The notes beneath the pieces were generated by a model. The model was given only the letters and a program-made list of their open reading frames with translations. It made no database searches and was not told where the DNA came from. From Eledone cirrhosa (lineage: Eukaryota): a stretch of DNA of 64,000 nucleotides. Below, in pieces: positions 13,582 to 29,227 of the stretch. The position numbers and the translations under genes were made by a program. The DNA lies in contig OZ024746.1 of NCBI GenBank assembly GCA_964016885.1, positions 36,952,001-37,016,000 on the forward strand. Direction: 5' to 3'. Every line of letters starts with the position of its first letter. The first letter of the stretch is position 1.

Positions 13582-13958
13582 AATAATTATAATTATTATA
13601 ATGTGATTTTAAGTATGCGCTAATGAAGTATTCCGCGTAACCCGCTGGCATTTGATTTTGAATGTACGCTCCAACGTATCGAGTTGTAACGTTGATTAGT
13701 CGCTTTAGCAGTGCAATCATTAGCAATTTATACGTTCGCCGCTGTAGTTTTCCCTAATGAGCTTTTCCGTTAGATATCTGAATTTTAATTACAACGTACA
13801 ATTATGTCTTTGTATGTGTGTACCAAAAATGTATGCAGAAAGATATTACTATCACTAATATCTATGAAAATATGTGATGTGAAATGATATGATATATCTA
13901 TCTCCCTTATATGTATTTATCTCTTTCTCCCGCCCACCCCTCTCTCTATCTATTCCTC

Positions 13959-14009
<51 letters not shown>

Positions 14010-14399
14010 GATAATGGTTTCAACTCGATTTCAAGTAATGCTGTCACTTGATATTTAAGTGTGATATCACCGGCACTCATTAACAATACCCCGCCAGAGA
14101 CAAAGTGTTAGATATTCAGAGAGAGAGAGAGAGAGACAGCGAGAGACATAGAGAGGTGGGGAGAGAGTGACATCCTACAAAATTCTAGAATCGGCTTAAA
14201 CTATAGAATCATTTGAACGTTTAACAATATTGCGTTAGCTTTTATGAAGTCGTTTTAGATCAGTCTTTGATTTTGTAGGACACAGAAAAAACTGATACTA
14301 TTTGAAATTAATCTATTGTGTATAATGATTTAGATTTTTGAGGATAGTGTCATGTTATTATTGACCTAATTCAGGATATGAGACGGGAAACAGAAAGAT

Positions 14400-14884
14400 T
14401 AAGACAATAAGAAAGACGATTGCAAATGTCTGAAAGTGTACAGAACCTGAGATAGGAAACAGAAATATTAAGGTCAGAAGAAAGACTATCGCATTAAACA
14501 GAGGCCCAATATGAACATCATGAAGAGGCAATGACAGTTGCGATGCAAACTCGACGAGAACAACGCGATTATTTAAGGTAGAATAAACTGGCTAAAAGAT
14601 GTGTTTTCAGATGATTCCTAGAAGAATTATAGAAATGATCCTAAATTCGCGATTAGTAGCATGGATATTACACTTGGTATGTGTTACTTAGGGTAATGAT
14701 CAGACTTCTACTGATAGAGGAAGCTCCGGCTTTTATCCATATACTGCTTACAGACCACACTAACGAAGCTAAACACTTCAGAAACAATGCTATGCGGTAT
14801 AATGCTGCCTTTCAGATGACGTCATTTGGAGCTGAAAAATTTCATAGTGGCTATTTCACAACATTTAAAATTCAAGTGAATTAA
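14400..14884 (+). pseudogene. Helitron Rep/helicase N-terminal remnant
   Basis: HFRNNAMRYNAAFQMTSFGA...FTTFKIQ matches the IRxYNxxFQMTSFGA..PTFKIQG block of animal Helitron proteins. Left boundary uncertain. Confidence 0.7.
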
Positions 14885-16523
14885 ATTTAGTCCTGTAATT
14901 TAGATTGGTATGTTATTATATCGTTTTGGAATTCACGATGAGAAGCAAAATCGACCCCGGAACGAATTGATCTTAAACAGTTTTAAAGCAGTTTTTCTCA
15001 TTGAAAGCATATACCATTTCCAATTGCCTTGAACAAACTGTGTAATTTTACAATAACTTAATTGTTAAGAGGATAGACAAGCATTGCCGTTGCTTTATAC
15101 ATATATCAGCGTGGTGGATACTTGGTAAAAACTCTCTGATTATAGAGACGTATTGTGTTAGTTTCAGTAAATCTTCTTTTGATTTGTTCCAATTAATAAA
15201 AAGAAAAACAGATTAAACATATTTACTTCATACATTATGAAATTAAACGTCCAATTCTTTGGCGTATCACGAAAGAGGAAATATACATACAGATTAGTTT
15301 CAGCATGTTGCTGATTGAAAGAGAAAGAAGAAAATCTAAGCAGCGCACATAAAGCTAAACACCAGTAATGTGATGTTACGAAACCGTTCACTGCATCTAT
15401 ATAGATTGTACGTATACGCGGATACAGACATAAATCATATATTCTAACATACATATCTATGACAGGTGTCCAGGCATATGAATAGACACACTCATATATA
15501 CACATGCATATTAAACTACTAATGGCAAGTTCGCGATCCAGTTCATATGATGCACGAATATCCCTCATTCATTCACAAACCTCAACACTCCTCGCTCTTT
15601 ATTTTACTTTTTACTACTCATTTTCTTTTACATTTTTCTCTACAATTTGATAACATTTCCTTTATTCTCTTAGTCACATGCACACAGAGAGACCGTAAAA
15701 CTAAATTATCCTTAAACAACTCTTTCTGAGCAGATGAAAATGTTATCATTAATAACATTATCCATCATAACATCAGTCGTAAACAAGCCGTCTAAAGTAT
15801 AAATTGAAGATACATTAGTTTATTGAATTCATTGAAGAATATTCAAATACATAAAATTAATTTATCGATTAAACGTATTTAATCTAACAATAATCGAGGT
15901 ATATTAGCCCCTTACCCATCTTGTTTGATAAAAGTATCAATTTCAGAGGGATTGGAGATGCTGCATAAGATTTCATGTATAATTATTAGCTGCTCAATAT
16001 CAGATTATCAAACATATACGAGAAAGGTTAACATACAATAGGTGGTATTATTGAATTGGTTGACATTAGTTAATTGTACACTTCTGCAATATAGGTTCTA
16101 TCATTCACAAAAAGGGTTGATAACTTCTGCAAAGAAATATTTATATATTATATATTGCCTGATATGACAATGACCACTACCATTCCTCTTCCCCATGAGC
16201 AATTATGAGCATGACGGCAATGTAAGTGCAAACAAATCACACGTCAGTGAAACATATAGAAATGTTTGCGACTTCAAAACACGAAAGAGTGTAATAATAC
16301 TTTTAAAAATATAGAAATATATGGTTATAAAAACGAAGGATTATGATTTGAAGCGGAGAGAGCAAAGAATATTTTACATCAGAAAAATGAAATGCGCAGA
16401 AGTATAAATGAAAAATATAGAAACTGCACAATGGAAAAGAAAAGCAAAGAAAATAAGATTGAGGGCATGGAGGGAGCGAGAACAAAGAATGTGATAGAGA
16501 CAGATAGATAAATAGAATGTGAT

Positions 16524-16599
<76 letters not shown>

Positions 16600-17349
16600 T
16601 TGAACTGAAAACGATGAAAAATGATGTTTAAAATAGCAAAGGAATTCTTGCAGGATAAAAAATTAACTGATAAAATAGAGATATGCGGTCCTAATCAGGA
16701 TTACGCCATTGAGAAAATTATTCCTTCGAGCTCTATGTGAAGATATGTGACGAGAAATCTTTCTGCACGTGTTATTCTAATCGTAATGTTCATTTGTCTA
16801 GAACACCACCAGAAAATATAAGCGGTCACTTGGTAACATAGCGAATTAGAAGATTTAGAGTGTATGATGTATTGCATGGAGTTATCTGTTAAATATCATC
16901 GTAAGATATGTTGCCGTTCAAATTTTCAGTTGAGACGATAAATAGATAGAATAATAAAATAATTTAATTACAGTATTTCTCATGAGTCTGCGTTGAAATC
17001 ATGCTGTGATTCAGTAGAATAATAGATTTAAGACATCACACACTTTAACAACAACATAAAACTATTCTACTGGTATTAGGAATAGGTAACCGGTTTGCAG
17101 ATTCGTTCCTATTCCACAATCTATTTTATTTTGAAACATCTGTAAAACGTCACTGGCATTGCACTCATGTGTCTGATTAATCAGTGATAAACTAGAATGT
17201 GAACTTAAAGAGAAGTCCAATTGTTTTATAATACCTTGAAAATGAAATTTAGCTACTTTCACTTTCACATAATCATGTGATATTATAAAGTATGCATGGG
17301 TTATCTAAAAGATAGTTAGGTATTTAAATTATAACTATGCTATTCACAA

Positions 17350-17414
<65 letters not shown>

Positions 17415-17416
<2 letters not shown>

Positions 17417-17485
17417 CGATAGAAATGTGGTAAGGAACCAGTTGGACCATAACGCACAAACGTACTCAATACTTAGGGTAGTAGA
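17415..17485 (-). mobile_element. Short remnant of PLE family C pLTR end in (AT)n
   Basis: Reverse complement of 62555-62625 (CTACTACCCTAA..TTGAGTAC..GGTTCCTTACCACATTTC). Confidence 0.7.
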
Positions 17486-17836
17486 GTGGGTTATATATAT
17501 ACATATAGCTTGCTGACATATGCGCTCAAAATCGTTTAGATCTACATCTGATCAATTTGGAGCTATGCTTGTTCAAATAAGGGCTAGGTTTTGTCAGTTT
17601 AAACCTAGCTTTCAATTAAATTGAGACTAAAATTTCGGATAGTATATGATACAGCTCTACAATAGACTGAGCAATGGATTATATTCAGCGTATGAATTAT
17701 CTGAAAGTAAAGTACTTTCAGTCAATACACTAATTCATTATAATCCACCATACATCAAATATAGACTACAATCCAAATCTCCTACAATCACATCGTAACG
17801 CCGTAAGTAACTATTAGACTCATTATGTATTTTAAA

Positions 17837-18024
17837 AGGGCGGTGAATTGGCAGTGTCGGTAGAGGGTTGGACGCCATGCTTTCTAGCATAGTTACGTCC
17901 CTTTACGATCTGAGTTCAAATCCCGCCGAGGTTAACTTTGCCTTTCATCCTTACGGGGTCGATAAAATAAAGTACCAGTAATGTACTGGGTAATTGCTGG
18001 CCTTGTGCCTAAAGTAGAAACAAT
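17837..18024 (+). mobile_element. SINE S1, full length, with 13-bp TSD
   Basis: TSD ATTATGTATTTTA at 17822-17834 and 18023-18035. Confidence 0.9.
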
Positions 18025-20334
18025 TATGTATTTTAGTCTCTCTGATACAAGTATTGGAATGTATTTGAAATGAATACAGTACGTTTGCATATTGGCCTAT
18101 TCATAGCTGACTGTGGATTAAAGAGTATCACCAAGAACTTTATATATATATATTGACAGGGTTTAGCCTGGTATCACACAGCAACAATCAGACGATATTT
18201 TTTGTTGACAGATATGTAATCATGCATGCTTTGACCGCTGAAACGTAATATTTAGTCTAAACTGAAACGATTTGAGATATGTTTCTGAATTGAAGCTACA
18301 ATTTTTACATAGCTTCAGTAAAGTTAAAGATGTTGCTATTGCATTTATTTCTGGTGTTGATTACAAAGGTCATATTGCAAGAAATATACATGAGGTCTTA
18401 TCGTGCAACAAATGTAGAGGCAGGAAAATAAATAAAATTTGAAAAATAAAAATGATGCAACCGAAGCAAGCACAAAGAAAAAAAAAAAAAAATTAAAAAA
18501 ACTAAAGTCTAATTAATCTACATAGCTTCGTATAACATAAGTTTACTTTTGAAAATATTCGTGCGCTTTTGTTTAAGAACTTTGTTCATAAATTATTATT
18601 TCTAGCCACTAAATACCTGCTTATGGCTTTATAACCATTATGCATATTATTTATATGGCTTATCTCTTGTTTTATTTATTTCCAGAAAAGATTGTTTTAT
18701 GATAAGATACTATTAATATATCTAATAGTGCGTCAAAATAAAATCGAAACGTTTTCATGTTTCGCGCACTTAAGGATGACATTAAGATATTAGCATTAAT
18801 AAAGCAGATGTAGTATTAAATAAAAATACAAATATGCACGAATAACTTATAATACTACAGGTATTTCACTTAAGTCTCTTAAAAAACAGAGCATTTAGTG
18901 GAAATTAAGAAATAATAAAAATCGAAAGAACGAATCTAACTTCAAATGTTTTATAGATGTAAACAAACGAAATTATCTTTAAATTTAAACCGGGTTTGAA
19001 TGTAATATCAAACATATATCGTGTTAAACAAATAAATTCATCGGGTAATAGCTAGAATAAGAGATATTAGTGCACAAAATATATATTCATAATCATGTAT
19101 CAGCATCGATATTCATAATACATTTACAGTGAACACCGGTATTTCTTTGTATATTAAGAATGCTACATCGCTAAGATGTTGTCTGCATTTCAAGATCATT
19201 GCTTGTCATATTTTAAATTTATCGTTTTACATAACGTCTTGTTGGGCTCTTCGTTTTCAGTGAAATTGAGCAAGCTAAATCACAATTTCTTTACGAGCAC
19301 TTGAATTAACAAGTGTGAATTGCGGCTGACCGAGTAAGGAGGGTCATTCTCATCAGCTGGAAAAGTCATTTTGGCAAAGAGATATCGCTGTTATTATTAT
19401 CCGACCTAAAAACATAAAACATAAGCAAGTAGTTGATTAACAGGTAGTTTATGATCTACCAAAACAGTCAGGCCGGTGTATCAGTTTGGTAACAATTCAA
19501 AGACTGAAATTAATAAATAATACAGGATCATTATTTTTTAAAGATCCCTTATGTGAAATGAGCTGTTATTATATTCGGATGGCTGATGTTAGCAAGAATG
19601 AAAAAAAAAATGAAAAAAAAACAATAAAGGACACATCTTTTGAGTTTCACTTGACTTGTGTTGTTTAGGTAACTAATCCATCCCCCAGTTAGTTTAGTAA
19701 CCGGTTGCGTATTTTTTTCCATAATTCGGCACACATTCTTTGACATATCGAATGACAATTTAAGATTATGTGTGACGTTTTTATCTGGTATTATATTCTA
19801 CAGAAACACAAGAATTGTCACAGAGAAGGTCACAAAATGTGTGATAAAAGAAATTTGACGCTTAAGTATGACAAGTTAGCTGACTCATAAAAAGTGCGAA
19901 GTGAAGAACAAGTGGTGCGACTATTTTTATTGGTATTATGAACATCCCCACCTATAAGAAAATACAAGAATAAAATCGCAAATTTCATAAATCTTTAAAA
20001 CTATAAAAACGAGGAAAATCGTTCGATCAAATAGAAAGCATATAGCGAAGCGGAGACAGAACTAGTTGACGATGAGGAACAATTTTATATGATTGATATG
20101 AACAGAGACATAGAAATAGTTATCCTGCTGACTCTGCCAAAATATGAACAAATATATATTGATATACGTACATCGTATAAGCCCATATAAAAAAAGCATG
20201 CGCACACACACACATATTATCCATTATCAACCATGCACACAGGCAAGCACTTACACACATACACAGAATCATACGTCTGTGTTTAGGTGTGTGTGTGTGT
20301 GTCTGTGTGTGTGTACACACACGCACCCACACAC

Positions 20335-20419
<85 letters not shown>

Positions 20420-21101
20420 ATGTATTAAAATGTTCTCATCGGTGACGTATAAAAGTCAGGCCTAATTTTAATCATGAACTACTATATCAGAAGTAAATTT
20501 GATAACATTAGCAAGAAAAAGAAAAAGAATACATCAAAATAAAAAAAAATAAAAAATAAAATTGAATTGCATATATATAAGAATATAAAAAAAAAACATT
20601 CTAAAAATAAATGTATAAACAAAAATAAACAAACAACAAATAACAGATATTCTCTTTTCAATTTAATTTGAAAGTGCATTCATTCGAAATTACAGAGATT
20701 CATTCATTTCAATGAAAATTTATGATTTATATATTTCTTCCTTGTTTTCCGTATTTTCTATTGTTTATCGTACTGATTACTTGATATGGTTTTTTGAACT
20801 ATCGCTGTTTTCATGTTTTCATTTAACCTTTATTTTTCTAATCAATATATTTTAGAGATATTTTCATTCAGACGGAATCAAAAACGAACTCAACCATATT
20901 TTATTGTGAAGGAAAATAATAACGTAACAAAAAAACTATACATATAGTAACTAAATAAATGACCTATAAGATATACTGTTTTAATATTTTGTAATGTATC
21001 ATAATGCAATAGTATTGATTACAATAATTATAATAATATTTCTTTTATTATCCTTATTTATTGTATATCTAAGCTATACATTAATATATTTGTATGTATG
21101 C

Positions 21102-21218
<117 letters not shown>

Positions 21219-21414
21219 GTATAGGATTTTCCTAGATGTAGTAATGGTTAATTACTACACTGGATATGGTTGACGTACGGTGAGAGGTTACTCAACGAGT
21301 TATGGAAGAATTGTTGAAGAAACTTAGTTCCTGATCCTTCTGTATTCCGGAGTGTAGATACAGAATGAATAATAACAGGTAGACATCATTCATAAAAAGG
21401 TAATTTATTCCGTG

Positions 21415-21526
21415 TGCTTACAAATATTTCCACGGTGGTAATACAGCCTAGTTATGCTTTGTACAAATTTACAACTATTTGCAGAACTCAAATATCAAAT
21501 GCTGTGACCACTGTATCATCAGAGCA
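21415..21526 (-). ncRNA. Type I hammerhead ribozyme with long stem II, in a putative PLE pLTR/3'UTR remnant (~21217-22170)
   Basis: Minus strand: tgct-CTGATGA-tacagtggtcacagc...gctgtattaccaccgtg-GAAAT-attt-GTA-agca; element bounded by (AT)n. Confidence 0.7.
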
Positions 21527-22174
21527 GAATGGTTAAAATGTACAATGTAAATACCCTTAAGTGAGGTTATTGGAGAAGATAGCGTAGAAAAGGAAAAGAG
21601 AAAAGTAGGGGAGAGGGAGAGAGAGAGAAATATATGCATGGGCTGGAGAAATAGGAGAGAGTGGTTTATAGATATCTTAATCAAAATGTGATGGAATGGG
21701 TTGTATTATACTGGTTATTTTAGAAAGATGCGTTGATAGTCAAGGCTGGAATTATTTATTGCCCCAGAGGGCAGGTTCATAGATGTGGAGAGGGAGGGAG
21801 GTAGGCCAAAGGCGAGAGAGAGAGAGTGGAATGGATATAGAATGAGAAGTAGAGAGGGGACAGACGAAGTCTATGTGGTGGGTGAACTTTGGGTTCGTAG
21901 TAGTAATCTGCGAATTGCACTGATTTACCATTTATAGTGATAAGCAGGGTATTGTCTTGTAGTGTGGGGGAAGATAAGGTGGTTAGCTAGAAAACGATGT
22001 TGTAGTTACGGGTTCGAATGTTAAGTTATGTTATAGTGAGAGAATTTAGCTTTTAGTTTGTGGTTGCAGTATAATGATCGTTCGATTCTATCGTTAAGTA
22101 GTTTATTTTTGTATTTTAATATGTAAAAAGAGTTCAAGGTTACATAACCTACAGTACTTCAATCCACTCCAAAA

Positions 22175-22216
<42 letters not shown>

Positions 22217-22259
22217 ATTCAAAATATTAACAAAACATATATTCTTGTGATCAAGTATA

Positions 22260-22322
22260 TTTTATTATAAATATTTCAGAGGTACTGAGTTACCTTCAAC
22301 AGTACGTCATCGTCAGATAAAA
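22260..22322 (-). ncRNA. Type I hammerhead ribozyme in a putative PLE pLTR starting at the (AT)n near 22212
   Basis: Minus strand: ttttat-CTGACGA-tgacgtactg..cagtacctct-GAAAT-attt-ATA-ataaaa. Confidence 0.7.
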
Positions 22323-25300
22323 TGAGATGATGCATGTCATACTCTGACATAGTAGATGGTTAAGATTCAGTCATGGTAGTGAGTAATATATGACAAAACT
22401 CAATATTTATATACCTTAATATTGAAAAGAAAGCCACATATAATACATATAATAGAGAGGGTGCGTGTGAGAAAGCTTAAAAAAGTACATGGCACCCATA
22501 TAACTGTTAAAGAGTCAAATAATTTAAATTACTGAAGAAAGAGGAAAGAAAAGAAATGCATAGATAAAGAAACAGATGAGGGGATAATGTATATAGTAGG
22601 AGCCTCGAAAGCAATAGAGAGTTGATTACAGAGAGAGAGATAAAGAGGAATAATGTTTATAGGGAGATATTAATTAGAACAACATTTGGAAAAAGGAAAA
22701 AGGAAAAAGGAAAAAGGAAAAAGGAAAAAAATCACTTCATTGAATTATTGAAATATCTAAAAATATTCATCAATCGAAATTTTAAATATAATTGGGTGTA
22801 TTCATATGAAGGTTAATACCAAGTCATTAGATAAATATCTATATATACAATATATATTCAAACATATCTGGTTGACTGTTAATATTCAAATCATTTAATT
22901 AAAGTTCGTTCAGAGTAATGAATAATATTTTAGATTATAAAAGTTAATAAATATCTGATTTAATATTAAAGTATACTATCATATTTAATTCATAAAATCA
23001 AATTTTATGAAATGAAATTTAAAGGATTTACAAACACGAGAAAGAAAACATAATGTTATTACATCCTCACGAAGGTAAACTTTAGTAAATTTATTATATA
23101 ATATTAAATTATTTATATTATATTGAAAATAGTTTATATTATATAATTTAGAAAATAATTACAGTTAACATTTTTAAAGAATTTTAAGATTAACAATGTG
23201 AATGCCTAAATGATCACCAGGCCATATAATTAAACTTTAAAAAGTTTGATTATTAAATTATATATATGCGTTCATCAAAAGAATATATTGTCTGAAAAAT
23301 TTAGATGATGCCTCTCAATTAGACATAACATAATACAATACAATAAATAAGTTGCTGATACTATTGTTAAAATTAATGTTTTAGATCAATTATTACAATA
23401 GGATCATTTAATAGATATATACTATAAATATACAAGTCAAAACTTCATGAGTCCGAAGGATAAGGACTAGATACAAAATAAAAAGTGAAAAAGTAAAAAT
23501 AATGAATTGTTGCGATCATAAAAGTGCATAATATCAAAAAATATAGTTTAACATTTAAATATAGCAGAAAATTTACTGAAAAATCAAACACTCTTGTTGC
23601 AATAGACTCTATACAGCAGCAGAAACTACTATTGTTACTGTAATCCACATAATATTTCTAAAGAGGAACAATACAATCACAACTATTCAACAGATATTTA
23701 TGGTCAAGATTACGGAGACTGGCAATGGGCGTCCAATATTGTCATGAAACCACCAAGTTTTAGAATAAACATGGAAACACGTTATCAAATATATAGTAGC
23801 TTCCAACAGTTTTTGCAGCTGTGGTTTTGATAAAAGCATCTTCTCACCCGAAGATAACTGAACACTTGGAAAAATCAATAAGTGCCCAACAGAGCTGCAT
23901 ACGGCGGGAAATGTATAAGAGAACTGTACTTACTGCAACAATAGGCCACCAGTTGACAACAGGACAAGCTTGGGTAGCAATAAATCAGATACAGCAACCG
24001 AGATTTATAAGCAATATCCGAAATACATTAGTCTATGGGACTGCGAAAATACGAGTACCTAAGAGAAAAATACTGAAAATAATAAACAGTCCTTATTTTC
24101 TATATTCCTCAATTTCATTCTAACGCATATAATGAGAAGTACCTGTGGTTACACGACCTTCCCAAATCTTCCTGACATAATAAACTAGCAATCGTTCTAA
24201 GAAAGGCTTGTATACTTCTCGTTTAGACATTGTCTAAAGAATCAAACGCAAGATTAACTAACTCAAATTTGTATTTAATATTTGAGCGTTATGAGGGAAT
24301 ATGCTATAAATAGCTTATCATTTGATAGTTGTTACGAGCTTATCCCAACGAATAAAGAGATGGCTATTACGAATCTTATATTTTTCTACATATATTCCAA
24401 ACGAGATGCCAAATGAGGATGTGAAGTTGATACAGTCGCTATATGTTGTTTAGCTTGTATTTTCAGAGTTTAGCTATAACTATAGTAGCCTTTGTCAATA
24501 CCCTATGATCTACCTGATGTAGATAGAATGACATTGACCACAATATATATAATCTGAAAGTGAGGATGCAGATTACGATGAACGTGCTGTGGTTATAACT
24601 TATTATTTGGAAGTATTTAGATTTATAGCTGTCCTTTAAATTGCCTTTGTGTAGTTATAATGTCGTTGAAGTGTGACTACTACCCTATTTGGTAGAGACC
24701 GTTCTTTGCAAGATCCAAAACTATGAGGCCTAAACAGAAGGAATGAGGCATAGAAAATTTGAATTGAAAATAAATGGCTATGCCTTGAATGTAATGATAT
24801 GTTTAGTACAAAACACACAGGCTGTTCTCGGATTGATACGGGAAAATATATTGATATGTGAAAAGACAGCATTTTAACATAATAGGTTGAAAAAAATTTG
24901 ATAGATCTGAGCAATGTAGGTTGTGAAGCATGGTGTGTTTCATGTGATCATCCAGGTTGCGATACCTACTGAGTGTGGTGTAAAGTTGATTTTCCTTCCT
25001 GAACAACATTAGATAGTGAGACTGATATGACACGCCTGTTACATATCACCATGGATGTTATCACCCATGACTCATCTTCTGGAAGCAACCAAGTTCTATG
25101 TTGCAGAATATGTCTATGGGATTAATGGAATTTGTGTTTCTATGCTGACGCACTAAAACAATTATATAGCATCACAACTAAAATAACAATCACCAGCAAG
25201 CTACAGTCTCTGGTTTCCACAAAGGACAACACAACATAGTGCTCAAAAGAAACCCAGGGCGAAGATGCATTAATCTGGGTAATTAATTACACAGCAGGAA

Positions 25301-26214
25301 ATATATTTTGATATTTTGGGGGTGTTCAGTGAGCCTTGGTTTGGAGCGACAATAACGAGTGCGTAAATGTAAATATGAATCTAAAATAATATCGAATAAA
25401 AAAAAAAATCGAATTTAAAATAAATGCTGTGTATGGCGTGTCGATAAGAAGTAGGAACTCTTTTGTTTGTATCCTGATGAACTACCTCTTACTGATTAGA
25501 AATGTTAGCATTGCAATTGTTGATGAACTGGAAAAGGAAGCAAAACAATTTTGCCCCGTGGCTATGGAAGAGTCATGTCAGTGAACTACAGGAACGTTGA
25601 AGAAAAAAACATATCCTAATCGAGTATTGAAACTAAATGTTTCGTGTGGTAGCTGCATACACAGCAATATGTATACATTAGTATAGCTGAACATATATTA
25701 CCTGGCAACTTAAATGGTGCTCTGCACAAGTTCGAGCATGTGGCGTAATCTATCGCAAGCTGAAGATTGAAGTGGGGAATTTTCAGCAAGAAAATATGAT
25801 CATAACAGGTATCCCTATGAATATGGTATTGAAGTTAATGACTTCCTACATGAGTTAATCCAGTCATGTGTTTGCTGTCATAACATTAGATGCCCACTTT
25901 AACAACCTCACACATGTTTCTACGCTGCTTCCTGGAACGATCGAAATATTGGATTCGTTAGAATAAAATTGAGATATACATCGATGTTTACAGTGAAATG
26001 TATATAGAGAAGACTGAATCGAGTAGCTGGAGAAAGGTTTGACTTATCAAACTATGGTCATATTACAGTAATAACTTCATAGAAATAGATATTCGACTAC
26101 ATCAACCACAAAACGTGTACATTACTACATAATCTATCGATATCTAAAGGCTGAAAAGCAGACACTAAATACGTGGGTGTATGTATATATGTTTGTATTT
26201 CCCTCTGTCAATTT

Positions 26215-27235
<1,021 letters not shown>

Positions 27236-27468
27236 GTGTCTGTATGAATGGGTGTATTTAATCACGTTTCAAATTATTAATGAGAGAATTCAGTTGCCGA
27301 GTATATCGGATATATCGACTGGTTTCCCCTAGCAGTGTGGCAATTCCTATAGTTGCCTGCAATGAGATTTATTGAAGTAGTAATATGAAATTATTGGTAA
27401 GCAGGAAGTAATTCACAGAGGTGCTCGGGAACGATATGTCTCAGTCAGTAGACAAATTCATGGCAAAT

Positions 27469-27656
27469 AATTGTTTCTACTTTAGGCACAAGGCCAGCAA
27501 ATAACCAGTACATTACTGGTACTTTATTTTATCGACCCCGTAAGGAGGAAAGGCAAAGTTAATCTCGGCGGGATTTGAACTCAGAGTGTAAAGGGACGTA
27601 ACTATGCTAGAAAGCATGGCGTCCAACCGTCTACCGATACTGCCGATTCACCGCCC
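27469..27656 (-). mobile_element. SINE S1, full length, with 13-bp TSD
   Basis: TSD TCATGGCAAATAA at 27458-27470 and 27657-27669. Confidence 0.9.
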
Positions 27657-28114
27657 TCATGGCAAATAAGTATAAATTTGCATAAATATATTATTCGAAA
27701 GGTGATTAATCTCATGGTGAGTGTGGGTGTTTGTGTTCATGTGCCTGTGCATGTGTGTGCCTCTATGACGTTGTGTGTCTTAGTGTATATCTTTTTAATG
27801 TTGTCCAAAAACTAGTAGTTCAACAAATAGCAATCGACAATAAATTATACTTTGAAACATGTGATATCGATATGATGACTTAACCATTTCAAGACGTTCT
27901 CCTGACATGATTGTAGACCACCCGAATCAGTGAAATTAAATCATCTAGAGTTTTCTGGAATCCTCTTCCATATCTAGAAAATTCACTCATCTGATTGGCA
28001 TAAAACTGACGTATATGATCCATTATCTGACAACTGCTTAAGTACGCATGAGAAGTACATCGGGAACGCAGAATAGAAACTTTCTGTATTGTTTAATAAC
28101 GGGGTGCCTCACAA

Positions 28115-28180
<66 letters not shown>

Positions 28181-28183
<3 letters not shown>

Positions 28184-29188
28184 GACAAATCTACCAACAA
28201 TTTACGGTAGTGTCCAATCCGTTTGAAGAACTCAATGTAATCCGGATATCATGAAAAAAGAAGGTGTATTCAAAAACTATTTTCGGTGAAAAATAAACGG
28301 AAAACAGAGTCAAGATAAATGAATAAAATAATGAATAAACAAAGAAACAGTTACTTATATTAAAACAATTTCATCATTTTACGATCGTTTCTAGGATATA
28401 TATGTGTTAGAGTTGGTAGGCATATTCTATAGATCTATGTACAATATTTATACAAACTATCAGAGGGAATATACATACCTACACATATATATGCTGTCTT
28501 CAGAAATAATGATATTTGTTTATTGAAAAAAAAACAAAGATTCAATACAATAGGTCTGTTTGGGAACAGGTTTTGAATTGACCAATAGAGAGATAGTGAG
28601 GGTCAAGATAGTAATATAGTAGTAGAAGAACCTTAAATTATGGGTAGAGGAAGGTCGATTTAAGTTTTGGACGGAAAAGGATTAGGTTAGGGAAGAAAAT
28701 AGGTCGTATGCTGACCTCAGAAATAATTTTATTTGTTCATTGAATAAAACCAACAAATATCTAATATATTCTGTCTGTTTGGTAAGAGGTTTAGAATTAA
28801 CCAATAGAAAGTTAATAATTGGCCAAATGGTAAAATAGTAGTAATTGAAGCTTATTTTAGGGGTGAAAATAGGTCAGGTCAGTAAAAGGTATACAAGCAG
28901 TTGCTGTTATAAAATAGTAATGCCAATGCAAATATCTAAGGAGACTAAAGTTTTACGATAAGAGTGTTAGTGAAAAAAATACATCTATGAAAAGAATATA
29001 AATTAATTTAATTGATGGGTATATTTATATTGATAAAATTATACTAATACATATAGATATGATAAGTAAGAATTAGATGCAGCTGAAAAGTGCTGTTAAA
29101 GATGAGGGGAAATTAAAAGAATATAAAAATAATATATATATATATACATAATATATATATATATATATACACATACACACACACATAT

Positions 29189-29227
<39 letters not shown>

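Noticed and set aside
17837-17930. tRNA gene calls for SINE heads
   Set aside because: A/B boxes are present but no cloverleaf; each head is attached to a common body and tail with TSDs.
15164-19758. Host exons in unique-looking stretches (also 30940-31170, 42146-42355, 53690-53850)
   Set aside because: Short ORFs with no recognisable domains or consistent splice and phase structure; small exons cannot be excluded without RNA data.
22688-22730. (GGAAAAA)n heptamer run as a telomere-like repeat
   Set aside because: Only about 6 units inside a purine-rich UTR-like tract; a simple slippage repeat.
23700-25250. Possible ancient LINE RT remnant (EDVKLIQSLY-like peptide near 24415)
   Set aside because: Only one weak peptide resemblance and no intact RT motifs; needs tBLASTn or HMM evidence.
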